Assembly: GCF_006345805.1 (NCBI RefSeq) | Contig: NC_043006.1 | Span: 14,074,001-14,138,000, forward strand | Direction of reading: 5' to 3' | Origin: Octopus sinensis | Taxonomy: Eukaryota | DNA length: 64,000 bases | Part shown: positions 1 to 11,681 of the stretch, in pieces | How the letters are laid out: every line of letters starts with the position of its first letter | Position numbering within the stretch: position 1 is the stretch's first letter | Made by a program: the position numbers and the translations under genes | Notes under the pieces: generated by a model | What the model was told of the DNA's origin: nothing | The model's database searches: none | What the model saw: the letters and a program-made list of their open reading frames with translations, nothing else

Positions 1-11
1 TATAGGCATAT

Positions 12-198
12 ATAGGGAGAATTCACGAAAAAAAACAAAAGACGAAGACAGGTGGTGTACAAAACAAACAGATGTATTAGCATAACGCTCGGGAATTGAA
101 AAAGTCTTTTACGTTTCGAGCCTACGCTCTTCTACAGAAAGAAGCAAAGAGAGAAACAAGGAGAGAAAAATTGTGCGTAGTGGCTACCGATCTATCAT
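12..198 (-). mobile_element. PLE-type terminal repeat (pLTR), family F, with HHR-like motif
   Basis: Near-identical copy at 35023-35205 and a diverged copy at 46670-46810; flanked by TA-rich sequence; minus strand carries an HHR-like core. Confidence 0.55.
106..141 (-). ncRNA. Minimal type I hammerhead-like motif, variant core CUGUAGA
   Basis: Minus strand reads CTTT-CTGTAGA-A-GAGC gtag GCTC-GAAA-CGT-A-AAAG: stem I, stem II, palindromic stem III and a GUA triplet; A6 is non-canonical. Confidence 0.45.
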
Positions 199-558
199 AT
201 ATATAGGTATATATATTTATGTATGTTTGTGTGTATATAAAGTATGTACATAGAATGTATATATTTCTGTAGTATTTGATGTATTTAAATATATCTTATC
301 TATTAAAATTTACATGTGTGTATATATATATATATATATATCCTGGCATTTTGCAAGGTTTTAGTGAGTAATTTTATATTTAATGTGTTGACACAGACAT
401 CACTGTTTGACACTCTTTTTCAGATCTGTTTTTATTAATCCTAATTATCTTCATTCTCATTACAGGGAAAATTTCATTTGATTAATAATTACTTTCGATT
501 CACCGCATTTAATATATTTCATGCAGAAAATCTCTTTGAAAATTTTACATGTATGCCT

Positions 559-733
559 CTGTGTGTGTGTGTGGTGTGTGTTGTGTGTGTGTTGTGTGGT
601 GTGTGTGTGTGTGTGTGTGTGGGTGTTAGTGTGTTGTGTGTGGTGTGCGGTGTATGTGGTGTATATGTGTGGTGTGTGTGTGTGCAGGCACACACACACA
701 CATACATACATACATACATACATACATACATAC

Positions 734-828
<95 letters not shown>
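559..828. repeat. Compound microsatellite (TG)n/(CA)n/(CATA)n/(TA)n
   Basis: Direct inspection. Confidence 0.95.
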
Positions 829-831
<3 letters not shown>

Positions 832-935
832 TTTTCCGATGGCCAGATAACTGAAGAGATAGCGTCGTGGATTTCCACCTCGGCATCCGAAACTCGTAGT
901 TTTATCATGGCTACCGAATAATTGTCACATATTAC
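829..935 (+). mobile_element. Solo PLE pLTR, family E
   Basis: Reverse-complement homologue of 6220-6340 and of both units at 18531-19195; follows a (TA)n tract. Confidence 0.65.
846..906 (+). ncRNA. Type I hammerhead ribozyme motif (family E)
   Basis: GATAA-CTGAAGA-long stem II-C-GAAA-CTCGTAG-T-T-TTATC; 5-bp stem I, GUU triplet, predicted cut after 901. Confidence 0.65.
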
Positions 936-1019
936 ATTTACACATATATATACCGGAGTAAGCACATAAATGTGAAACAAGGTGGGGAAAAGAGTACTCA
1001 AATACCAGAGGTAGAGTAA

Positions 1020-1130
1020 TATACTTTATTTAAAAGCAGTAGAAATATAACAAAAGCTTTTCACTTTCACGGGAACGCGAAACTCTGAGTAACAGCTTTT
1101 GTTATTTCTACTGCTTTTAAATAAAGTATA
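1020..1130. repeat. Inverted repeat (about 38-bp arms) enclosing the 3' half of an HHR
   Basis: Arms 1020-1058 and 1094-1130; loop contains GAAA-CTCTGAG-TA. Confidence 0.85.
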
Positions 1131-1133
1131 TAT

Positions 1134-1498
1134 TCTGGGTTCAGTCCCACTACGTGACATCTTGGGCAAGTGTCTTCTGCTATAGCCTCGGGCCGACCAA
1201 TGCCTTGTGAGTGGATTTGGTAGGACGGAAACTGAAAGAAGCCTGTCGTATATATGTATATATATGTATGTATGTGTATGTATAGTTTGTGTGTCTGTGT
1301 TTGTCCCTCAGGCATTACTTGACAACCGATGCTGTGTGTTACGTCCCGTCACTTAGCGGCTCGGCAAAAGAGACCGATAGAATAATAAGTACTGGGCTTA
1401 CAAAGAATAATAAGTCCCGGGGTCGATTTGCTCGACTAAAGGCGGTGCTCCAGCATGGCCGCAGTCAAATGACTGAAACAAGTAAAAGAGTAAAAGAG

Positions 1499-1500
<2 letters not shown>
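1134..1500 (+). mobile_element. tRNA-derived SINE-A (5'-truncated) with internal microsatellite and GTAAAAGA tail repeats
   Basis: Homologous to full copies at 31661, 57476 and 58668; B-box-like GGTTCAGTCCC. Confidence 0.9.
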
Positions 1501-1556
<56 letters not shown>

Positions 1557-1967
1557 CAGAAAGAGAGAGAGGAAGTGGGAATCGAAATGGGATATAGGAT
1601 AATTCTGAGCATTCATATCTCTGGAACCGAGTAAACTGAAACTCCATAGAAAACTCCTCGAGAGAATTATACTTGTAAATCATATGATACGCTTTTGCCA
1701 TGCTGAATCAGCCTGAAATTTTATGTTAAGTGTACACGTGTCTAAGGAATACTCACACCTTCATTCAGGAGTGGGTAATATTGTTGTTCGAACAATCGAG
1801 ATCTCATCGTCGTCGAACAACGGAGATCCAAAAGCATCACCACTCTAAGCTTTTTGCGTACATGTCTTTGTCCGTATAATGTCTCTTTGTCATGGGGGAC
1901 ACGAAGACACGCTAGCGGAAACTCAGAGTAGCAACACAGCGAGTCATGAATTCTCAATGAATATATA

Positions 1968-2012
1968 AACATACATATACAAATGTATATAAAGATGTGT
2001 GTGTATATATGT

Positions 2013-2093
<81 letters not shown>

Positions 2094-2098
2094 CAGAC

Positions 2099-2185
<87 letters not shown>

Positions 2186-2220
2186 CAGACAGATAGACAG
2201 ACAGATAGACAGACAGACAT

Positions 2221-2261
<41 letters not shown>

Positions 2262-2280
2262 TAGATAGATAGATAGATAG

Positions 2281-2334
<54 letters not shown>

Positions 2335-2429
2335 TACATACATACATATATATATATATATGACGGAGAGTGAAAGAGACAAATATACATATATGCATAC
2401 ATACATACAAACATACATACATACATACA

Positions 2430-2467
<38 letters not shown>

Positions 2468-2742
2468 AATACATACATGCATACATATGCGTATATATAT
2501 GCATGTCTGCATACGCACACACGCACAGACACACATACACATATATACATATAAAAATACATACATGCATACATACATACATACATACATATATATACAT
2601 ATACTTCGTAATAATCCTTAATATTTATTTATATATATATATGTGTGTATGTTTGTATGTATATATGTGTGTATGTGTGTGTGTGTGTGTGAGTATGTGT
2701 GTGCGCGTGTGTGTGTGTGTGTGTGTGAGTATGTGTGTGTGT

Positions 2743-2808
<66 letters not shown>
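1968..2808. repeat. Compound microsatellite (GATA)n/(GACA)n/(CATA)n/(TG)n
   Basis: Direct inspection. Confidence 0.95.
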
Positions 2809-2810
<2 letters not shown>

Positions 2811-3249
2811 TTGTGCGTGTATCGGCGGATCCATCGCAGAATAATGGATGATTTGATGAAACAATAGTTTGCACGAAATATATGAAGGATTTATAAAATG
2901 TACGTTTCCGCTATACATACCTTTGGCAGTTTAGAATATTATAAATAATTTTGTACAATGAACTGTTGGTTACGTATTAATATTCCTTGGTTTCGAAGGA
3001 AATTAATGAGTTAAGGTCTTCTGGTAAATCATTTAGTGACCAGCAAGATGTAGTCTTGTCACTTCATAACACAACGAAACTGCATGAATCACTGAGACCG
3101 TTTGATATGCTAATCTCTCATAAAATTTACTGTAAACATTCACTTATCTTTTACTCTGTTCCCACATTTATCTGATTGAGCCGCTATCACGTTTCATTTC
3201 TACTTTTCAGATTAAATTTATGTATGGATGTTTATGTTTGCGTGCGGGT

Positions 3250-3273
3250 ATATTATATATATATATTATATAT

Positions 3274-3324
<51 letters not shown>

Positions 3325-3481
3325 GGTGTGTGTGTGTTGTGTGTGTGTGTGTGTGTGTGTATAAATATATATATATATATTATATATATATATATACATA
3401 TATGTATGTGTATATATATATATGTATAGTATATATATATAATTATATATATATACTATATGATATATGTATATATATATG

Positions 3482-3526
<45 letters not shown>

Positions 3527-3624
3527 AATAATATATGTATACATGTATGTAGGTATTCATATTTGGTGTGTGTGAGAGCCAGGTGTGTGTGTGTTTCTGT
3601 GTGAGAGTCTGTATATTGTGTGTG

Positions 3625-3674
<50 letters not shown>

Positions 3675-3775
3675 GACAGACAGACAGGTAGGGTGAGACG
3701 GAGAGAGAGTGAAAGAGACAAATATGCATACATGCATACATACGTACAAACATATATACATACACACACACATAC
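3250..3775. repeat. Compound (TA)n/(TG)n microsatellite
   Basis: Direct inspection. Confidence 0.95.
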
Positions 3776-5067
3776 AAAGTCGTAAAGTTGTTAATGAACG
3801 CAGAAGCAGATGGATGGTCCAGCCTCTCTCAAGAATAAAGCAGTGATAAATTTATAAGTTAACAACATAAAAGTAGATTGCCTTTACATTGATTAATATC
3901 TTTGAACGGTGGAGTTTGTTTGTTAATAGGCGGGACAGGCATGGTGGGACTCGGTGGTATCATTTCACGAACTCTACAACTGAAAGAATCTTGAGAAATA
4001 GTATTTTCGTGGAACAAACAATAAGAGCCAGGAGTGGTTTTTGAGATCAGAGAGTGGCAAGTCCGATTCTGCCAGCTTTATCTGGAGATATCGAGTATCG
4101 TGGCAAATCAGAAAGGAAGAGAGTGGGAGAGAGGGAGAGAGAGAGAAGGAGAGAGAAAAGGAGAGAGAGGAAAAGAGGAGAGAGAGGGAAAGAGAAGGAG
4201 AGAGAGAGCATGTGTGTGTACTGCTTCATTGTTTTCCCTAACAAAGGCAAACTTTTCATTAAATTCAAGTAGTTCAATTTCCTGTACAAAAGGATCCCTT
4301 GTGTTTGTGTGTACATGATTGTTAAAAAAAAGTAGGACCAGAAGAAATTCATTAAAAAAAGAAAAGTAGGAGATACTTAGTGGAGACGGGATCTAGAAAG
4401 AAACGCCACGAGATCGACTTGAAGGAAGTACCCACAAAAAGAACATCTTCCCAACGAGTTTCTTGGAAGATTCCTTTATTTTAGGCCCAAAATACTAACT
4501 TCTGAATCGTTTCGTTTTCTCCGTCGCATTACTCAACCGAACTAAAATTTGGATTTTGCGATCTGATTTTTGTATTCGGTTAATATTTTTAAGGAATGGT
4601 TTTTGTACAACTGCTTACAGTTTTAAAACGTTTCTCACTTTCGTAGAGATGGATTGACTTTTCCTATCACTGTGAATAGCACCGAGATTTTCAACAAAAG
4701 AAATCGTTCTTAGAACGTTGTGCAACGGTCTGAGAGGCGATTTCCGCACACAAATATACAAAAGAATAATGTGAGTGACCATCAACAACCTATGAAATGT
4801 ATTTATTCCGATATACCGAAAAATTATGCTATGCCCCAAGAAATCTAATGAAATAGACTCTAGTATTTGAGTTACCTTCCTTATGAGTATTGATCCGTCG
4901 GATTATAAAATTTAAGCGTCAGTTTGGACCATGCTCGTAGTCATTACAGACTTTATAAACATCCTTAGTCGGAAAAGAAATGTTTTTGTTTTTCTTACAT
5001 TTCTTATACGTAATACAATCAAAGAGATTTCGATATGTGAATAGGAAAAGACCCAAAGCAATATACC

Positions 5068-5300
5068 TATTTCTTTACTACCCACAAGGGGCTAAACACA
5101 GAGAGGACAAACAAGGACAAACAAACGGATTAAGTCGATTATATCGACCCCAGTGCGTAACTGGTACTTAATTTATCGACCCTGAAAGGATGAAAGGCAA
5201 AGTCGACTTCGGCGGAATTTGAACTCAGAACGGAACGACAGACGAAATACGGCTACGCATTTCGCCCGGCGTGCTAACGTTTCTGCCCGCTCGCCGCCTT
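5068..5300 (-). mobile_element. tRNA-derived SINE-C, full length, with 21-bp TSD
   Basis: TSD AAAGAC(C/G)CAAAGCAATATACC at 5047-5067 and 5301-5321; head GGCGGCGAGCGGGCAGAAACG, B-box GTTCAAATTCC. Confidence 0.95.
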
Positions 5301-5817
5301 AAAGACGCAAAGCAATATACCACCTACGCATGTAAATTATGGCTAATAATCTAACGTATAACTTAAAAGGCTTTTTCCAAAATTCGTGCATATTTTTAAA
5401 CACACAATGAAGCCGGCTACTAAACCTGTAGCGTTAAGTAACGTCCCACTTGTGTATGCTTTAATATGCGTATATAATTCTTGAGCGTTGTTATATCTAG
5501 CTAAGCCATCTGTAAATCTCATAACCTACCCACGTGTATAACAAGACATGTATTGACTCAAACGTGAGCAGAGAAATCAGTATTAAGCAGTGATGCATCA
5601 ATTTCTTTTATTCTTTTACCAAGATAGTGCGGCAATAAGTAACCGCTCGTTTCAAATTGATGCTCGGAACTAAATTACTCTGCCTGATGTTACATATAAG
5701 CACTTATAGGAGTAGGTGTAGAATCGTAGCAAAACGGGAGTTGAAAAAGTGTTAGTAAAAGCAAAAGACTGATGGTTAAAATTGTTGGCTAACAACTTGA
5801 TCTATTGGTAGTACGTC

Positions 5818-6060
5818 TCTTTTACTCTTTTACTCTTTTATTTTATTTGTTTCAGTCATTTGACTGCGGCCATGCTGGAGCACCGCCTTTAGTAGAGCAA
5901 ATCGACCCCAAGGCCTATATTTTGTGAGCCTAGTTCTTATTCTTTCGGTATCTTTTGCCGAACCGCTAAGTTACGGGGACGTAAACACATCAGCATCGGT
6001 TGTCAAGCGATGTTGGGGTGACAAACACAGACACACAAACACACAACACACATATATATA
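5818..6060 (-). mobile_element. SINE-A 3' half (split by PLE insertion)
   Basis: Matches SINE-A 3' part; the matching head is at 7379-7503. Confidence 0.9.
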
Positions 6061-6063
6061 TAT

Positions 6064-6146
<83 letters not shown>

Positions 6147-6257
6147 CATATATATATATTGATATAACGGTAAGATAACAAAGAAAGAAAGAGACCTCAA
6201 TATTATGTAAATAGAGGAAATTTATCTATACAATATGTTACATTACTCGGTAGTCAA

Positions 6258-6319
6258 GATAAAACTCTGAGTTTCAGATGCCGAAGTGGAAATCCCACAA
6301 CACCATCTCTTCGGTTATC
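6258..6319 (-). ncRNA. Family E HHR in the PLE 3' pLTR (U4C core change)
   Basis: Minus strand GATAA-CCGAAGA-stem II-GAAA-CTC A GAG-T-T-TTATC. Confidence 0.55.
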
Positions 6320-6504
6320 TGGCTATTTGAAAACGTTATGAAAAAATACCGTTAAAAATGAAGGGAAATTACTCTGTTATAACTCTGCTTTGCCTGCGTA
6401 CTTATACATCGCTCGCATTTTTCGTCATAAAAATTATAAAAATACATAAAAATATATAAAAATATATAATAATCTCTCTTGGGACATAACACAGAAAGCA
6501 TGTT

Positions 6505-6942
6505 CTATCCGTTTTCTTTAGGGGACCAAAAACGTAACAGAAATTTAGTCACATGTGGGCATGATCCGAAAAGCTCTGTCCTTGTATTTAGACATGTGGT
6601 AGGGTCTAAGCTGCTTTTCCAGATAAGCCATCTCTCCATGTCGCATAAACCGCACCTTCCGCTGCCGTTAGTATAGGGCTTACATCTGGCCAAAATCTTC
6701 CATTGTATGTTATAATCGACACCTTTATCTCTTAAAGACCAAATATGATTGGATAATTGTGTCGCTTTTCTTTTGTTCCAGTGCCTAAAGCTCAAAGTGT
6801 GGTTATTGAACCTGGCCTTGAAATTACCCTCTGTCAGGCCCACGTATTTCTTCGTCGAAACGGTGTCTTTAGTGGTTATAGAGTTTACGGTAGCTTCATA
6901 TATGATGGTCTTGGACATGCAAGCTCCATTTAGCGCGGGCAC
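6505..6942 (-). pseudogene. PLE GIY-YIG endonuclease domain
   Basis: IIYEATV...KKYVGLTEGNFKARFNNH...CGLCDMERWLI...LNTRTELFGSCPH; separated from the upstream ORF by a stop and frameshift near 6945. Confidence 0.9.
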
Positions 6943-6944
6943 AA

Positions 6945-7375
6945 TTATTTATTCCTGCATGAACAGCTGTTTTCTTCTTGTGTTTTTTGTATGTTATGAT
7001 TGATTATGTTTTTAAAATTGGTAGTTGAACTAAAACTAATTTTTAAATTGTGTCTATTGAAGAGTTTCCTATAAGCATGGTTAACTGGAAAATGTCTATC
7101 TATCAGTGCTAGGAAATATTTACCTATATTGAAGGCCACCTCGGGTGAGTAAGGGGGCGTAAACCAGATTACCTTCCTATTTCTATTATTCCTTTTCCTT
7201 ACTGTTGGGCTGGTGATAGGTGTATATTTTATTTTTTCGCTAAAACCACTATCTTTTAAAGCTTTATTATAAACTGGGGCAACGCTATTGAAGATGTCCT
7301 CATTAGATGAGAGGCTAGAAATCCTCTTACTAATATTTTTAACTAAATTTTTGAATACTATAGGGGGATGGCATG
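6945..7375 (-). pseudogene. PLE reverse transcriptase C-terminal (thumb/linker) region
   Basis: Conserved PLE motifs HPP, YNKALKDSGF, IWFTPPY, NIGKYFL.LIDRHFP. Confidence 0.85.
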
Positions 7376-7378
7376 AAC

Positions 7379-7503
7379 CACAAGGCTTTGGTCGGCCCGA
7401 GGCTATAGTAGAAGACACTTGCCCAAGGTGCCACGCAGTGGTACTGAACCCGGAACCATGTGGTTGGGAAGAAAACTACTTACCACACAGCCACTCCTGC
7501 GCG
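7379..7503 (-). mobile_element. SINE-A head (split copy)
   Basis: Reverse complement of GCGCAGGAGTGGCTGTGTGGTAAG...CCTTGTG; joins the PLE directly. Confidence 0.9.
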
Positions 7504-8104
7504 TAGCTACTTACCACACAGCCACTCTAATTCAATAAGTACAGCAACGTGTATTTCACTGATGAAGTCCAGTAACATATATCAAGTCTGGAGTTGCTCC
7601 CATACTTTCCGAAAATCTCGAAATGACAGTAATCAGCAGCCAACATTTCAGTTCGGTTCACCGCATAATTTTTGTAATAAACTGATAGCTAACCCCAGCA
7701 ATTAAATTAAGTAACGTAAAGACAGCTTTGCAAATATTTCTATCCTACAGCACCCTATAGTTAATACACGACTGGTGAGCATCGGCAAAATGTCATAAAT
7801 TCACTGACGAATGCTAATAACGGAGAAATGTACAGTGATGTATCACAGTCCTGTCCAGACAAAAATTTTAGTTATTACCTAATATTTTTTGCTAATCACT
7901 GTATTTAGCTGCACTGTAGTTATTTCTCACCTTGACAACACAGGAAATAATCAAAGCTATAGTTACTTCAGCAGTGACAGTTGAGCTGGTAACTAGAGGA
8001 AATTGCATTCTTCAGCAAAAACTACATTCAGGAATTATGTGTTGTGCAAATTCATGAATGTATGTGTGTGCGTTGAAGTAACTACATGTGTGAGTGTGAG
8101 TGTG

Positions 8105-8143
<39 letters not shown>

Positions 8144-9953
8144 AAATGTGTATATATATATGTTCGTGTGTGTGTTTGTGTGTACGTGTGTGTGCGCGTG
8201 TGTGCATGTATGTATGTATTATTGCATTTGTATTCTTATATCTAATTATATATGTGTGTGTGTTTATATATATATATTTATGCGTGTATATATATATATA
8301 TATATATATACAATAGATATATAATATCTGTGAATACACATTTATACATATACATGCACACGCACCTACATATATACATACAAATTCATCTATATACCTA
8401 CTAATGCGTACCTGTCTATGTGCATATATATATATTATATATGTATACATGTATGTGTGTATGTATATATACATTTATATATATATATATATATATATGC
8501 ACACATACGCATATACACACATATACGCAGTTTGCTACTACAGTGCGTATATCTTTAGGATATGAACGTATATGATATGATAGAGAGTATTTAAGTACAC
8601 GATTTATATGCGACATAGTATTGTGTAAAACAAATTTTTATGGGAAAACCACGTTCATTTCGATATACTAGTTTCGCCTGCGAGAAACAAATACATGCAA
8701 TGAATTTTTTTTGTATTTTACGTGTTTATATGAGATTCATTAGGAAAATACGCTTTTATTTTAAATAATTCTTTCTTTGAATTCATATTTTTCTTTTTCC
8801 ATGTGTATGAGTGTTTACATATGCACATATGTTTGTTTGTGTATAAAGATATGTGTTGGAAACGTGCGTGTGTGTGTGTGTGTGTAGATATATGTTTGTT
8901 TTTTTTTAACTAATAACAGGCAGACATTACAGCCGAGTGATTCAAAGACCACGAGTTTGATGCGTTCACACGTATCAAACTAGTTTCAAGTTAATGGGTC
9001 GTAAATTTATTTATCGGTGATAATGGTATTGCCCCGGATTGTTCTCGAATAAATTATCGAATCAATTACAATGTCACGTAGACAATACATATTTTTTTTC
9101 GCTTGTTTGGTCGTTGCACCGTTCAGTAAATAAATATACGTACAAGGAAAATTTTAAAACATATATTCAATACTTACGTACGCATAGATGTTAGTGCTGG
9201 TGAACATAACTGCAGTATAACAAGAACGTATGCACATACGCATACACATATACTCATATTCATGCATGCATGTATGTTCATGGACTCACACATAATCGCG
9301 CACATAGGCACACGAATAAATATACCACAGATGGAAACAAGAGCATACGTACCATGGATACATAACTATACGTAAATATATACATACACACATATACATA
9401 TATATACACACACATGCGCACACGCATACACATATACATACGCATATACATATACACACCCGTATATATACACATATATGTATATAGGTATACATACATG
9501 CATGCACATACGCATATGTGGATAGAAAGGTATATATATATATTGTAACAAAATGGCTTTTCCGTTTTCGTTTCTGTTGATTTTTACGTCTTTTTGTGGT
9601 GTCCTGTACGTATATATATATTTTTATATGCATGTATATACACATGTAGATGTCGGTACGTACATATATGTTTGTATGTATGCATATATTTTATTTATTA
9701 CACTATATATATATATATATATATTCCTACATGCATATAATATATATATGCATACATACATACATACATACATACATACATACATACATACATACATACA
9801 TACATACGCACGTACATATATATACACACATACATATTCCCTAACGTATAGATGTACAAACACGCACGCACTTATATATACACACATAGCCACAGATATA
9901 TACTTGTCCCACAAACAAGAGTAAATATATAGATATAACATACAGTTATCATA

Positions 9954-10623
9954 CGAGGTGCATACAAAAATTATCCAACCTTTGGGCATAAAAAAAAAAA
10001 CTATTTTACACACTTGGCAAATGTTATTTAATCACCTTCAAAATACACCCTTTGGGAATTCACACACTGCTGGTCACACTTCTTGGAAGCCTTTTCTGGA
10101 ATGCTACGGAACTCCGCTGTCGCTTTTGTCATAATTTGCTCCCGCGACTCAAATCGCTTCCATTTCAGCGTGGTTTTCAATTCGAGGAAGAGCTAGACGC
10201 CACACGATATTAAGTCGGGAGCCTGTCGAACAAGTGGTGTTCATTAGATGGCCGGCGTAAGCGTGCCTCGCTCTCCCCTGAGGTGCGGCCATGTTTGAAG
10301 CGGTGTACCGCCTCTGTGGTCTGAGTTTTGCCCATGGCATCATCACCAAAGGTCTGCTGAATCTTCTGGATGGCTTGAGTTTGTGTATCACCAAGCTTTT
10401 GGCAAAACTTGATCAAATATCTCTGCTTGATGCGTTCGGTCATCTTGCGTGAAAACGAAAATCGGACGAGCGAGATTTACACGTCTGTACTCTAAGAATA
10501 ACTGCTAGAAACTGACGCAGCCTACTGGCGCGAAAACTTTCAAGCGTGCGCAGGAGGATTTTGCCCACGTGGCATCAATTTTGATTGGAAAAATAAAGTC
10601 GAGTACCCTTTGAACGCACCTCC
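9954..10623 (-). mobile_element. Internally deleted mariner (DD34D-type) transposon
   Basis: TA-flanked imperfect TIRs (CGAGGTGCATACAAA / TTTGAACGCACCTCC); N-terminal HTH MTERIKQRYLIKFCQKLG and C-terminal RFESREQI...YFEGD on the minus strand; catalytic middle absent. Confidence 0.85.
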
Positions 10624-10943
10624 TAATATTATGTTTAACGATAATGATTAGACATGGGTGGACACATACCTACATATATATTCTTGTATTCATATATACA
10701 TTCATATATGTGTGCGATGGAACATATAATAATACGCATACCCCCCCCACACACACACACACTCATCATTGATACATACATACGCATCTCTGATGTGTGC
10801 AAAAGCAGACGGTTTAGTTAATTGTATTAATATTGATTGTATGAAGGGATGGTAAAATATAAGAAGCTACAGCTCTTATAGTTTAGGGTTAGGGTTAGAT
10901 TCAACCGTTATATCGAGGTCAACCGTTATATCGATAAAACTTT

Positions 10944-11290
10944 AACCACCCACCTAACGTCATCAAGGACTAAAAAATGAACATTAGTAAAAGAATGTCT
11001 AAAATTTCGTCTCATAAGAAAACTTTTCACTGTGCTACAACAAAGTCCTGAAGAGAAGAAGCTTCAGCGATACGATAAAAATACATCCCTCCTCAAGGAA
11101 CGCCAAATACGAAGAAAACCAGAAAATTAAATACTCTGTGGTATAACTCCACTTTCAGCTAACCGTTAACCCCAATAGGTCCTTTCAAAACTAAATAAGC
11201 AAGCACTTCCCTAACGACCATAAATTCTACAAAATCTTAAATAGATATAACCTCAAAGACAATTATAGCTGCATTGACAACCTCGCTACT
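10944..11290 (+). pseudogene. Decayed second Penelope-like element fragment
   Basis: Manual translation NHPPNVIKD*KMNISKRMSKISS, LWYNSTFS, KHFPNDHKFYKILNRYNLKDNYSC parallels the 6945-7375 protein. Confidence 0.75.
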
Positions 11291-11438
11291 TCCCTAGCTA
11301 GAATTAAGGGAAAAGCTAGACTCTCCGATCTACACATGATTATTCACCTCAATGCTACTGCCTCAACAAAAGTACATGCCTGCTAAACGGTAAATGCTTT
11401 CGAAGAAATATCACTTGCTATGTTAAAGTCTCTACCAA

Positions 11439-11474
<36 letters not shown>

Positions 11475-11514
11475 ACGTGCGTATTCATACATACTTATAG
11501 ATAGGTAAATAGTC

Positions 11515-11603
<89 letters not shown>

Positions 11604-11681
11604 TGTGTGAATGATTTGAAAAGTATTCACTTGTATGTATATACATACATACATACATACATACATACATACATACATACA

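Larger units (their letters stand above)
6160..7378 (-). mobile_element. 5'-truncated Penelope-like retroelement (Nematis-type motifs): RT C-terminal region, GIY-YIG endonuclease, 3' pLTR
   Basis: HPP..KNISKRISSLSS, VIWFTPPYS, RHFP..H..LFNRHNLKISFS, CSCRNK/CP.LNGAC, GIY-YIG region; ends in the family E repeat and (TA)n. Confidence 0.9.

Noticed and set aside
1742-2600. 200-280-aa SIYL/VCMY ORFs, and similar ones at 12782, 15805, 34163 and 44578
   Set aside because: Microsatellite translations, not genes
6945-7418. ORF starting MSSTIASGRPKPC as a real protein N-terminus
   Set aside because: The first residues come from the SINE-A head fused to the truncated PLE
7559-7600. CTGATGA as a hammerhead core
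   Set aside because: No stem II closed by GAAA and no stem I/III partner
10883-10898. TTAGGG tract as a telomere or telomere-associated PLE junction
   Set aside because: Under three units, internal, and separated from the PLE fragment; chance or MITE debris is equally likely
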